Positions 30,844-40,498 of a stretch of DNA of 56,401 nt are shown here, one piece after another. The DNA is from an uncultured archaeon (GTDB lineage: Archaea; Asgardarchaeota; Thorarchaeia; Thorarchaeales; Thorarchaeaceae), in NCBI GenBank assembly GCA_964458565.1, contig CAYWJO010000019.1, positions 1 to 56,401 on the forward strand, in the 5' to 3' direction. Both the position numbers and the translations under genes were made by a program. Positions within the stretch are counted from its first letter, which is position 1, and each line of letters opens with the position of its first letter. The notes beneath the pieces are model-generated. The model ran no database searches, was not told the origin of the DNA, and saw only the letters and a list, made by a program, of their open reading frames with translations.

Positions 30844-32046
30844 CTGAAACATGATGCTATCGTGATCGGTGCAGGGCCTGCAGGACTAATAGCTGCATAT
30901 GAGATTGCAAAAGAAGGTCACGACGTCGTAGTACTGGAAGAACATAAATCAGTTGGCGAACCTGTCCACTGCGCAGGACTCCTAAGTCTTTCAGGACTCA
31001 AATCAATCGGACTCGAACCACCTCAGAGCACAATCCAAAATCAGGTGAAAGGAGCGAGAATCTTTTCTCCAAACGGAAACTTCATCGAAATAGAACGAGG
31101 AAAACGAGAAGCATATGTAATCGATAGAGCACAGTTTGATAATTGGTTAGCTGAGCGAGCAGCGGATAATGGAGCGACTCTATTAACTCAAACCAGAGTG
31201 TCCCAGTTGATTCAGAAAAAACAGAGAGTTGTGGGAGTTCGGATTGGAAACGAGGATAGGAAGTTGGAGGCAACAATCGTAATCAATTCCGAGGGGGTTA
31301 ATTGCGTTCTGTCATCGAGCGCAGGTATGCCAACAGTTGCGAGAAAAAGTAAGCTTCCTGCTTATCAATATGAGATAACAGGAGTGGAAATTGATGATGA
31401 TCTCGTAGAGATGTACTATGGTAGAGATACCGCGCCTGGATTCTTTGCATGGATAATTCCACTAGGTGAGAACAGTGCGCGTGTAGGACTAGCATCGAGA
31501 ACTCATTCAAAACAGAGATTACAGAATTTCATCAGGCATAACAGAATTGTTGAGGATAAGATAGGTAAATCTTCAATTATCAAAGGATTTGGTGGAATTG
31601 TTCATGTTGGACTTCCTGTGAAAAGAACTTGGAAAACAGGTTTACTTACAGTAGGCGATGCAGCAGGACAAGTCAAAGCCACCACCGGAGGTGGAGTAAT
31701 CATGGGAGGAATAGCTGCAAGAATAGCAGGAATGGTATCCTCAAAAATATTGACGGAATCATTAACAGAAGAGCGTGAATATCATGCATATGAGCAGCTC
31801 TGGAGAGGACAGATATTGAATGAATTGCGAATCATGTATCTGGCTCAAAGAGGGTTGACATCCTTATCAGATAAAGGATTGAATACTCTGATCAGAAATA
31901 TCAATGATCTTGATTTAGTGAGTATAGTTCGCGAAGAGGGCGATATGGATCGCCAAAAGCAGGTACTTTTTTCTCTAATGAAAAATCCAAGAATGTTACC
32001 ACTCGGACTCAATTTGCTCAGGTATCTCAACCCATTTATCCATTAA
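30844..32046 (+). CDS. Geranylgeranyl reductase-family FAD oxidoreductase
   Basis: IGAGPAG, HCAG, FAWIIP, GDAAGQVKATTGGG; probable CTG start at 30844 after GAGGTG. Confidence 0.88.
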   Translation: MKHDAIVIGAGPAGLIAAYEIAKEGHDVVVLEEHKSVGEPVHCAGLLSLSGLKSIGLEPPQSTIQNQVKGARIFSPNGNFIEIERGKREAYVIDRAQFDNWLAERAADNGATLLTQTRVSQLIQKKQRVVGVRIGNEDRKLEATIVINSEGVNCVLSSSAGMPTVARKSKLPAYQYEITGVEIDDDLVEMYYGRDTAPGFFAWIIPLGENSARVGLASRTHSKQRLQNFIRHNRIVEDKIGKSSIIKGFGGIVHVGLPVKRTWKTGLLTVGDAAGQVKATTGGGVIMGGIAARIAGMVSSKILTESLTEEREYHAYEQLWRGQILNELRIMYLAQRGLTSLSDKGLNTLIRNINDLDLVSIVREEGDMDRQKQVLFSLMKNPRMLPLGLNLLRYLNPFIH

Positions 32047-32078
32047 CAAAATGAACATACTCAGCGAGGTCACACACT

Positions 32079-33455
32079 ATGTCGAATAGAATTAGCACAG
32101 AACTCCTTGAAAAAACTATGTTGATGCTAGAGGAGTATTCATTGTGTGACTATTGTTTAGGACGACAGTTTGCATGGTTAGGGACAGACACTACAAACCA
32201 AGAACGAGGGAAAGCCATTCTATCAGTTCTCCTTATGGAAGCAGAACTTTCACTCAAAGGCGAGGACACCTCAACAGGATTGGCTCTTGTGAAGCTACTT
32301 GCAGAGAACGCCATGTATATCCCAGCACAAAAAATAGCAGCTCGTAGATCTCTCGAGGTCAATCTAGAAAAGACCTGTCATCTTTGTACAATCGCGGGGA
32401 GCAGTGTTTTTGGAAGGTTAGGAGATATAGTCCAGAAGATGAAAGAAGAATCTCAAGGAGTTGAATATCAAACCTTCTTGGTTGGAACAACTCCAGATCC
32501 TGAACTTGTTGACCGAGAGGACGAATTAAGAGGAAAGCATAGTATTCTATATGGTGAATCTTTGAAGTCACAGTACAATAGAGAGCTCGGAAAAGAATTG
32601 AGTAAAATAATAGAAAAACAGGTTGAGTTCGAACGCCCGGATGTTGTGTTCGTCTATGATATGAAGAAAGACACAGTCGAGATCCAAATCAATCCTGTTT
32701 TTATATATGGCAGATACAAGAAACTTGTAAGAGGAATCCCACAGAGTCGTTGGGACTGCAATGATTGTCATGGAAAGGGGTGTTCTCAATGTGGTGGAAC
32801 CGGTAGAAAATATCCTGATTCGATTTCAGAATACATAGGGATTCCAGTTCAGAAATTGATGAAGGGAAGTCGATTCAAGGTTCATGCTGCAGGAAGAGAA
32901 GATGTCGATGTGTTGATGCTAGGCACAGGTAGACCATTTGTATTAGAAATTAGCAAGCCAATGATTCGGACTCCGGATTTAGGTGAACTGGAGAGGGCCA
33001 TTAACTCTGAAGCCAATGGAAAAATTGAAGTTATGAATCTCGAGCTTACAGTTCGAGAACGCGCACAGACAATAAAGAGTGAAGCATCTGAGAATGTTAA
33101 GGAATACCTTGCTCAAATTCAGATTGAGGAAACTGTAACAGAGGATGAACTGAAGAAAGCTGAGGAAAAGCTGACGGATATTCAAATTAAACAGAGAACG
33201 CCAACAAGAGTGTCACACAGAAGAAGTGATCTTATTCGTGATAAGCAAATACTACAGGTTAAGCTAACTAGGATTAGCGAAAATCTAGTTGAAGGTTTTT
33301 TCAAAGTTCAGGGTGGAACATACATTAAAGAACTCATCTCAGGCGACGATGGAAGAACAACTCCTTCGCTTTCATCTGTTCTGGGTAGACAGTGTATTTG
33401 TAACGAGTTGAATGTCATAGCGATTTATGGGCATTCACCACACCATAATGCTTAA
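32079..33455 (+). CDS. pus10: tRNA pseudouridine(54/55) synthase Pus10
   Basis: LCDYCLGRQF, GRYKKLVRGIPQ, AGREDVDV, QRTPTRVSHRR, GGTYIKEL. Confidence 0.96.
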   Translation: MSNRISTELLEKTMLMLEEYSLCDYCLGRQFAWLGTDTTNQERGKAILSVLLMEAELSLKGEDTSTGLALVKLLAENAMYIPAQKIAARRSLEVNLEKTCHLCTIAGSSVFGRLGDIVQKMKEESQGVEYQTFLVGTTPDPELVDREDELRGKHSILYGESLKSQYNRELGKELSKIIEKQVEFERPDVVFVYDMKKDTVEIQINPVFIYGRYKKLVRGIPQSRWDCNDCHGKGCSQCGGTGRKYPDSISEYIGIPVQKLMKGSRFKVHAAGREDVDVLMLGTGRPFVLEISKPMIRTPDLGELERAINSEANGKIEVMNLELTVRERAQTIKSEASENVKEYLAQIQIEETVTEDELKKAEEKLTDIQIKQRTPTRVSHRRSDLIRDKQILQVKLTRISENLVEGFFKVQGGTYIKELISGDDGRTTPSLSSVLGRQCICNELNVIAIYGHSPHHNA

Positions 33456-33543
33456 GTTGCTACCAAAAAGGTGTTGCCGAGCCTCGTGTATACAGTACCA
33501 GGTCTGTATACAGGGGAAAAAATAGTTAACAGGTTGATGTTCA

Positions 33544-33840
33544 ATGGTCAAGAAAAGCCATGGATACCGCGCAAGAACCAGAGCCCTAATGAGTAAGAGG
33601 GTTAGAACGCGTGGAATCAGTCCACTTGGAAGAATGTTAGTTGATTATGAAGTTGGACAGAGGGTGGATATTGTGATCAATCCGAGTTTCCATAAAGGTA
33701 TGCCTCACAAACGCTATCACGGAAAAACAGGTGTTGTGACAGGTCAGAGAGGTAGAGCAATCCTTGTGGATGTCAAATTAGGAAAAGCAATTAAGCCACT
33801 CATTATAAGACCTGAACACCTGAAACCAAGTAGAAGCTGA
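33544..33840 (+). CDS. rpl21e: 50S ribosomal protein L21e
   Basis: SHGYRARTR, KGMPHKRYHGKTG, RPEHL. Confidence 0.97.
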   Translation: MVKKSHGYRARTRALMSKRVRTRGISPLGRMLVDYEVGQRVDIVINPSFHKGMPHKRYHGKTGVVTGQRGRAILVDVKLGKAIKPLIIRPEHLKPSRS

Positions 33841-33850
33841 GGGCGAGGAT

Positions 33851-34186
33851 ATGCCTAGGGAGATAATTAGTGAAGAAGAAGTAACCCTTCCCATGGTTAA
33901 GAAGATTTTAAGCAAACGCTCGAAGGAAGGGGAGCTATCGTTTCAGCAGACAATAACACTTGAACATGCATCTACATATTCTAAGATGGCACCTGCAGTA
34001 TCAGCGAAGCTTGTCGAAAAATTGGAAAACACATATGAGATATCCAAAGCTCAAGCGGTACAGATTGTAAATATTGGACCTATAACCATTGAAGAGCTTA
34101 GGACAATATTAGATGCACGTACTTCTGATCTAACAGAGGAACAACTCACAGAAATTGTTGATATGGTCATCAAGGCTAGAACCTGA
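33851..34186 (+). CDS. rpo4: RNA polymerase subunit Rpo4 (F)
   Basis: ELSFQQ..TLEH, IVNIGP...EELR; conserved synteny with rpl21e. Confidence 0.9.
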   Translation: MPREIISEEEVTLPMVKKILSKRSKEGELSFQQTITLEHASTYSKMAPAVSAKLVEKLENTYEISKAQAVQIVNIGPITIEELRTILDARTSDLTEEQLTEIVDMVIKART

Positions 34187-34284
34187 AGAGTTGAAAGACT
34201 AATTCTCGCGTGCCCCGATGAATTTTTATCAGTACAGGTTATGTTATCATCAATGTTAATCAACACTGCTCGGAGAATACTAAA

Positions 34285-34881
34285 GTGGAAGAATCTCAAG
34301 GAAAAATGTACGAAACACATGCATATATCCTGGGAGTTATTCCGCCAAAGGTGTATCTGAGAGACTCCAGACCTAGGGGAGAAGCTGTCGTACAAGCCAT
34401 TGGAGAATCCTTTTTCACATTGCTCGAGCTAGCTCCAAAGAGAGGGGTAAGATTAAACTTACAAGAGAGAGTGCCAATTCAGCGCAATGATCGCAGTCCT
34501 ATTGATCATGTCAAACGACGAATTCAGTTTGATGACCTCGCACCTGAATCTGCAGCAGAAATCCCGCTTGTGGTTGAGATTATTGTTACAAAGTTTGAGT
34601 ACAAGTTCGTGCAATTCTTTAATGAGGCAAAGCCATTAACTACCAGAAAGCACTCACTTCAACTACTTCCAGGAATTGGCCCCACTCTCATGTGGGCACT
34701 CTTGGAAGAAAGGAAGAGAGAGCCATTCAAAAACTTCGCGGATATCTCAGAGCGTACAAAACTACAGAATCCAAAGAAAATCATCACTAGTAGGATTCTT
34801 GATGAGCTAAGGGAGGAAGAGAAACGCTGGTTATTTGTACGACCTCCAAAACGTGATGATGAAAGAGAAAGGACCAGGTGA
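34285..34881 (+). CDS. DUF655 RNA-binding protein
   Basis: QAIGESFFTLLE, H.LQLLPGIG, F..F.DI..R. Confidence 0.92.
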   Translation: MEESQGKMYETHAYILGVIPPKVYLRDSRPRGEAVVQAIGESFFTLLELAPKRGVRLNLQERVPIQRNDRSPIDHVKRRIQFDDLAPESAAEIPLVVEIIVTKFEYKFVQFFNEAKPLTTRKHSLQLLPGIGPTLMWALLEERKREPFKNFADISERTKLQNPKKIITSRILDELREEEKRWLFVRPPKRDDERERTR

Positions 34882-35753
34882 GCGGTCTGTCTGAGGCTAA
34901 TGTCAGAGCCCTTCTGAAAAAATATTCAATTAATCCAAGTAAGAAAGCAGGACAAAGTTTTCTTACAAGTCATCAAATAGTGAGAGAAATTCTTAATCAC
35001 TCTAAGGTTACAGGTGATGATGAGGTTCTTGAGGTAGGAGGCGGACTCGGCATCCTTTCAAGGCAACTCGCGAGAGAAGCTAAGCATCTTACTGTTATCG
35101 AGATAGATCCAAGATTGGTACAAGCTCTCAAGGAGATTCTGAAAGAGTATGATAATGTCACAATAGTTCATGGCGATGCTCTGAAAGTGCAGCTTCCAAC
35201 TGCTAACAAGATTGTATCAAATCTACCATATTCAATCGCTTCAGAAATCACCTTTAGAGTCCTGCAGGAGATGAAATTCGAATCTGCTACAATGATGTAT
35301 CAAAAGGAGTTTGCGAGGAGACTTGTAGCAGAACCTTGTGCCTCAGATTATTCTCGATTATCTCTGGACATCTCGTACCTCGCAGAGATCAAGAAACTAT
35401 TTGATGTGGAAGCAAAATACTTCTATCCGATACCAGCAGTAGACTCGACTGTCGTTAATATCAGACATCGCACCGTTGGTTCTTTTGCTAAAGACTCGGA
35501 AGTCTTCTTCTGGGTAGTTAGGGGTCTTTACTCCTATCCAAATAAACTTCTGAGAAAAGCGCTCCGAATCTGGTTCAAACTCATCGGATGCGAGAAAGAG
35601 TGTGCGGACGATTTACTTGAAAAAATAGAGGGTGTGGTATCTGGCGACGAAAGATTGAGATGTCTTGACCTTGAGAGTCTGATTGAAATCGCTGATAATG
35701 TTATGCTCATGATAGATGAGGGAAAAGTACCAGATCCGAGGAATAAGTCTTGA
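34878..35753 (+). CDS. rsmA: 16S rRNA m6,2A dimethyltransferase KsgA/Dim1
   Basis: GQSFL, LEVGGGLG, VSNLPYSI, QKEFARRL. Confidence 0.95.
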   Translation: MSGLSEANVRALLKKYSINPSKKAGQSFLTSHQIVREILNHSKVTGDDEVLEVGGGLGILSRQLAREAKHLTVIEIDPRLVQALKEILKEYDNVTIVHGDALKVQLPTANKIVSNLPYSIASEITFRVLQEMKFESATMMYQKEFARRLVAEPCASDYSRLSLDISYLAEIKKLFDVEAKYFYPIPAVDSTVVNIRHRTVGSFAKDSEVFFWVVRGLYSYPNKLLRKALRIWFKLIGCEKECADDLLEKIEGVVSGDERLRCLDLESLIEIADNVMLMIDEGKVPDPRNKS

Positions 35754-36346
35754 AGGAAAGAAAGTTCGATCTTTTAATTCGAGATAATGTCTATCCGCCA
35801 TCAGAGGACACATACTTACTTCTTGATTCTCTTGAGCTAAAGCCTGACGATAGTGTACTTGAAGTGGGATGTGGCAATGGGCTAATAACACTGAATGCAG
35901 CATATATTGCTAAGTGTGTAATTGCATCAGATATCTCATTGCTCGCAATTCATAACACCCATGAGAATCTTATTCGAAACAATTTATCATACAAGTGTTC
36001 TCTGATTCAAACAGATTTACTTACCCCATTTCAATTCAAAGAACAACCGACAGTCATTATATTCAATCCTCCGTACCTCCCAGATGATGGAGATTCGAGT
36101 ACAATTGATTCGGCAACTATAGGTGGTCCACTTGGACAGGAATTGACTCTTCAATTTCTTAGTCAGCTTGAAAATTTTGAGGGAACGCTCTACCTTGTTG
36201 CGTCCTCACTCGCAGAAAACAGTGCCATCAAAGCGAAATTGGATGAAATGGGATATGAGCAAGAGGTGTTATCACGAAAGAGAATATTCTTCGAAGAATT
36301 GGAAGTGTTGAAAGTTGTTAGGGGCTCTAAGGAAAGCGTTTTATGA
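35750..36346 (+). CDS. HemK2/PrmC-like methyltransferase
   Basis: VYPPSEDTYLL, LEVGCGNG, FNPPYLP. Confidence 0.9.
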   Translation: MKERKFDLLIRDNVYPPSEDTYLLLDSLELKPDDSVLEVGCGNGLITLNAAYIAKCVIASDISLLAIHNTHENLIRNNLSYKCSLIQTDLLTPFQFKEQPTVIIFNPPYLPDDGDSSTIDSATIGGPLGQELTLQFLSQLENFEGTLYLVASSLAENSAIKAKLDEMGYEQEVLSRKRIFFEELEVLKVVRGSKESVL

Positions 36347-36401
36347 ATGACTAATTCAATCCGGTTATTGATTAAATGATTCAGTTGGGAGACTACCAGA
36401 G

Positions 36402-37199
36402 ATGCCTGACGACAAACCTAAGAAAGAAACTTCAAAGAAGTCCGAAACCAAGACAGCTAAAACAACTACGACCAAGAAGGCTACAAAAGACGTCGTTGAA
36501 AAAGGCTCTCTCATTTACGTAGATTATGTTGGTAGAACAAAAAATGATGGGAAGGTCTTCGACCTAACTCTTGAGGAAGTTGCTAAAGAAGAGGGTCTCT
36601 ATAAAGAGAATGGCTATTATGAGCCTATGCTTGTTGCAGTAGGCTGGAATTGGATGCTAGAGGCGCTTGAGGATGAATTCGTTGGGATGAAGGTTGGAGA
36701 ATCAAAAACTGTTGAGGTTCCACCTGAGAAAGGTGCAGGTGTAAGGGATCCAAGTAAAATTATTTCGGTCGCAAAGACCAGGCTAGCAAAACAAGGAGTT
36801 CGTCCTATAATCGGTGAAGAGGTGAAGGTGGGTAACGAACGAGGAGTTATCACACATGTGCTGGGTCGAACAGTACGAGTCGACTTCAATCCACCGTTGG
36901 CCGGTAAGATTCTGGTATTTGATGTTACAGTGAGAGAGATTGTTATCGAACTCAATGAGAAGCTTTTCGCCGTTGTAAAGCGAAGACTACCTACGCTGAC
37001 AAAAGAGGAAGTAGAAATTTCCATAAAAGGAAAGACAATCTGGATTGAGCTTCCTTTGAGGACCAGATATATTGAGTCGGTACAATATGCAGAAATTGGA
37101 ATTGCAATGGATGCGCTCAAAGTATATGAAGATGCGAAGGATGTGAAATTGGTAGTCACATGGCCGAGACCGGATCCACCAAGTGAAAACACTACTTGA
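36402..37199 (+). CDS. Long-type FKBP peptidyl-prolyl isomerase
   Basis: DYVGR...VFD, VPPEKG.G, VDFNPPLAGK. Confidence 0.9.
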   Translation: MPDDKPKKETSKKSETKTAKTTTTKKATKDVVEKGSLIYVDYVGRTKNDGKVFDLTLEEVAKEEGLYKENGYYEPMLVAVGWNWMLEALEDEFVGMKVGESKTVEVPPEKGAGVRDPSKIISVAKTRLAKQGVRPIIGEEVKVGNERGVITHVLGRTVRVDFNPPLAGKILVFDVTVREIVIELNEKLFAVVKRRLPTLTKEEVEISIKGKTIWIELPLRTRYIESVQYAEIGIAMDALKVYEDAKDVKLVVTWPRPDPPSENTT

Positions 37200-37314
37200 T
37201 AGGAGTATACACGTGAATGTACCCTGTGAAAAGAATTAAAAAGGAACTTGAAGACGTGAACACTGTCACTTGTTCTCCAGGGCATTATCCCACTGATTCA
37301 AGGAGTTAGAAGAC

Positions 37315-37953
37315 ATGGAACATGAGATGCAGTCCCCTGCCGAATTGAAAACTGGAACTACTACTGTAGGACTTGTAGCAAAAGACTGTGTAGTCCTTGC
37401 TAGTGATCAGAGAGCCACAATGGGTTTTCTGATAGCGAATAAGACTGCCAAAAAGATCTACAAGATCACAGACAGAATTGGTGCAACCATTGCAGGTTCA
37501 GTTGCTGATGCTCAGCAAATCATGGACCTCCTTAGGGCAGAAGCAAAGCTCTTCGAAGTTCAGCGAGGCAGACCTATGACGGTTAAGGCACTCACACGAC
37601 TTCTTAGCAATATCATGTTCTCAGGCCGTGGCCTCTATATGTTGCAAAACATTGTAGGCGGCTACGATGAGGACGGAGCTCATATCTATATGACTGACTT
37701 CATTGGTTCAGTATTGCCAGACAAGTACACTGCCACAGGTTCAGGATCACCTTTTGCTCTCGGAGTTCTTGAGGTAGAATACAAAGACGACCTGACAAAG
37801 AAGAAAGCGATTGAACTCGCTATTCGTGCAGTTGCTGCTGCAATAGAAAGGGATGCAGCCTCTGGAAACTCAATTCTTGTGAGTGTCATTGACAAGGATG
37901 GTTACGAAGAAGTACCCAAAGACACTATCATAAAAATCTGGAAACAGGATTAG
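37315..37953 (+). CDS. psmB: Proteasome beta subunit
   Basis: Propeptide followed by KTG|TTTVG; GSVADAQ; TGSGS; RDAASG. Confidence 0.96.
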   Translation: MEHEMQSPAELKTGTTTVGLVAKDCVVLASDQRATMGFLIANKTAKKIYKITDRIGATIAGSVADAQQIMDLLRAEAKLFEVQRGRPMTVKALTRLLSNIMFSGRGLYMLQNIVGGYDEDGAHIYMTDFIGSVLPDKYTATGSGSPFALGVLEVEYKDDLTKKKAIELAIRAVAAAIERDAASGNSILVSVIDKDGYEEVPKDTIIKIWKQD

Positions 37954-38066
37954 TGTCACTAGGCTACAAGTCTAGTTTCAAAACAGTAGACCACTCCCAG
38001 TTTCAATCTAATGCTTGAAACTAATTCAATGAGCCAAAGGACAAAATAGGCCAAAAATAATGAGAT

Positions 38067-39986
38067 GTGGTTCCTATGGCAAATAACAATGATGAATACA
38101 TTGATGTTCGAGAAGCTATTATGAAAGCGCTTCCACGTTCTGCAGCAATCAGTTCTGTTGAATATGAAGGTCCAGAGATTGCTATCTATTCTAAGGCACC
38201 TAAGATCTTGCTGGATGATGGAGACACGATTAAAGCTTTAGCACGTAAGATGCGTAAACGAATAGTTGTAAGGTCAGCACCAGAAGTCCGACTTCAACAT
38301 GAAGATGCAGAGCGAGCTGTGAGGGAACTTGTACCGCAAGAAGCTGAAATAACATCAATAGATTTTGATGAGTCACGTGGCGAAGTTGTCATTGAGGCAC
38401 AAAAACCGGGTCTAGTAATAGGTAGAAGTGGATCTACACTCAGAGAGATAACACGACAGACATTCTGGCGACCAAACGTCATGAGGACTCCGCCTATTGA
38501 AAGCAAGTTGATTAAACAAATTCGTTACATAATTCAGTCTGAAGCCTCTTATAGAAACAAATCATTTCGGGAGATAGGTAGACGAATACATCGCCCAATT
38601 ATAGTTGATAATGGCTGGATAAGATTAACCGCAATGGGAGGTTTCCGAGAAGTTGGAAGACAGTGCATGTTTCTCCAGACAGCTGAAACCAATGTTCTCA
38701 TTGAGTGTGGAGTGAACGTTGGGACGCCAACAAAAGCATTTCCACGTTTAGATATGCCAGAGTTCAATGTTGATAATTTAGATGCCGTCATTATCACACA
38801 TGCGCACCTTGATCATTGCGGGATGGTTCCATTTCTCTTCAAGTATGGGTATCGAGGTCCGGTCTATATGACTGCACCCACACTGAATCTAGCAACACTG
38901 CTACAACTTGATTATCTTGATGTTGCTGAAAGAGAAGGAAAACTCCGACCCTATCGAGATAGAGATGTCAAGGAGTCAATTCTACACACGATACCACTAA
39001 ACTATGGAGAGGTGACTGATATTGCACCTGATGTGCGGCTCACACTCCATAATGCAGGTCACATTCTTGGTTCAGCAATTATTCACCTGCATATTGGAGA
39101 TGGCCAATACAATCTCGCTTATACGGGTGATTTTAAATTTGGTCGAACTCGTCTCCTTGAACCTGCTACATTTACATTCCCGCGATTAGAAACTCTAATC
39201 ATCGAAAGTACTTATGGGCACCCTACTGACAAAATGCCTCCAAGACAAGATGTTGAGAGAAAATTTGCGGGTATTATCAAGAGGACAGTAGATAGAGGTG
39301 GGAAAGTGCTCATTCCTGTACTCGCAGTAGGAAGAGCACAGGAAATGATGATTGTCATAGAAGACCTCGTTTCTAAGGGCCGTATACCAAAGATACCCGT
39401 GTATATCGAAGGTATGATAGCACAGGCAACCGCAATCCATACAACACACCCAGAGGCACTGAGTAAGAAAATACGTGAAATGATATTCCATCAGGGAATC
39501 AATCCCTTTCTCAGCGAAATCTTTGTTCAAGTCGATAACCCAGATCAAAGAGAGGAAATAGTAGAGGGTGAACCTTGTATCATCATGGCAACCTCGGGAA
39601 TGCTTGCTGGAGGACCAAGTGTTGATTACTTCAGGCTCCTGGCACCTGACGAGAAGAATACTCTGATGTTCGTGTCTTACCAGGGTGAAGGAACTCTTGG
39701 AAGGAGAATTCAGAAGGGATGGAAAGAAGTCCAGATGCGCACAAGAGATGGAAAGACAATGGTCGTACCTGTCAATATGGGTGTTGAAACAGTTGAAGGC
39801 TTTTCAGGACATTCTGACCGGAAGCAGATATTGAATTTTGTCAAAAGAGTAAATCCAATACCAGAACGAATACTCACATGTCATGGAGAATCCTCCAAGT
39901 GTTTGAATCTTGCGTCAACTATTCACAAGGCATTGAATATCGACACTAAAGCGCTCATGGTGACTGAGAGTATCAAGTTAAGATGA
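38067..39986 (+). CDS. fttA: aCPSF1 / FttA (KH plus beta-CASP) ribonuclease and termination factor
   Basis: YEGPEI, KPGLVIG KH motif, HAHLDHCG, FSGHSD, HGE; follows psmB. Confidence 0.95.
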   Translation: MVPMANNNDEYIDVREAIMKALPRSAAISSVEYEGPEIAIYSKAPKILLDDGDTIKALARKMRKRIVVRSAPEVRLQHEDAERAVRELVPQEAEITSIDFDESRGEVVIEAQKPGLVIGRSGSTLREITRQTFWRPNVMRTPPIESKLIKQIRYIIQSEASYRNKSFREIGRRIHRPIIVDNGWIRLTAMGGFREVGRQCMFLQTAETNVLIECGVNVGTPTKAFPRLDMPEFNVDNLDAVIITHAHLDHCGMVPFLFKYGYRGPVYMTAPTLNLATLLQLDYLDVAEREGKLRPYRDRDVKESILHTIPLNYGEVTDIAPDVRLTLHNAGHILGSAIIHLHIGDGQYNLAYTGDFKFGRTRLLEPATFTFPRLETLIIESTYGHPTDKMPPRQDVERKFAGIIKRTVDRGGKVLIPVLAVGRAQEMMIVIEDLVSKGRIPKIPVYIEGMIAQATAIHTTHPEALSKKIREMIFHQGINPFLSEIFVQVDNPDQREEIVEGEPCIIMATSGMLAGGPSVDYFRLLAPDEKNTLMFVSYQGEGTLGRRIQKGWKEVQMRTRDGKTMVVPVNMGVETVEGFSGHSDRKQILNFVKRVNPIPERILTCHGESSKCLNLASTIHKALNIDTKALMVTESIKLR

Positions 39987-39988
39987 TG

Positions 39989-40399
39989 CTAAGACCCCAT
40001 TCGTACAAATGGGGGAGTAACGATAATACAATCATCATTAACGAGTGCTAAATCAGCCCTAAAACCCCGGGTTTCTCCGCGAATGCGTTCAATTATTCGT
40101 TTCAGCTCAAGACGGCATTGTTCTCGTCCATTATTCAGTTTGGTTATGTCAAGCAGTATAATGTTACCTTCACGGACTTCAGTCACGATAGCAGTTACGT
40201 CCTCCAGAGATGAGAGTTTCCTAGATCTAACGATAATTTGTTCCAGTTCTGTTAACTTTCTCCAATGAGTGTCTTGAAACAATTCAGTTGATTCAGCAAC
40301 CGGAGAGAAAAGGCCTAGCCCACTATAGCTTGATTCGCCTGCAGGCAAATCACCTTGTTTGTCATAGTCATCCTTTTTTCTGAATGGGAATCTCATCAT
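39989..40399 (-). CDS. sepF: Cell division protein SepF
   Basis: EVREGNIILLDI...LKRIIE...D.ALV...IIVTP. Confidence 0.85.
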   Translation of the reverse strand: MMRFPFRKKDDYDKQGDLPAGESSYSGLGLFSPVAESTELFQDTHWRKLTELEQIIVRSRKLSSLEDVTAIVTEVREGNIILLDITKLNNGREQCRLELKRIIERIRGETRGFRADLALVNDDCIIVTPPFVRMGS

Positions 40400-40498
40400 T
40401 CATCACCTTGAGCTGATATCAATTTCGTTAGTTATGAAGAAAAGACCTAGTATTACTAGAAAGAGAAGAATCCTTATAGTATCACTCGTAAATACCGA

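Noticed and set aside
36617-37285. Long antisense ORFs (222 aa here; 241 aa at 24789-25514; others)
   Set aside because: They lie antisense to well-supported conserved genes and show no recognisable motifs.
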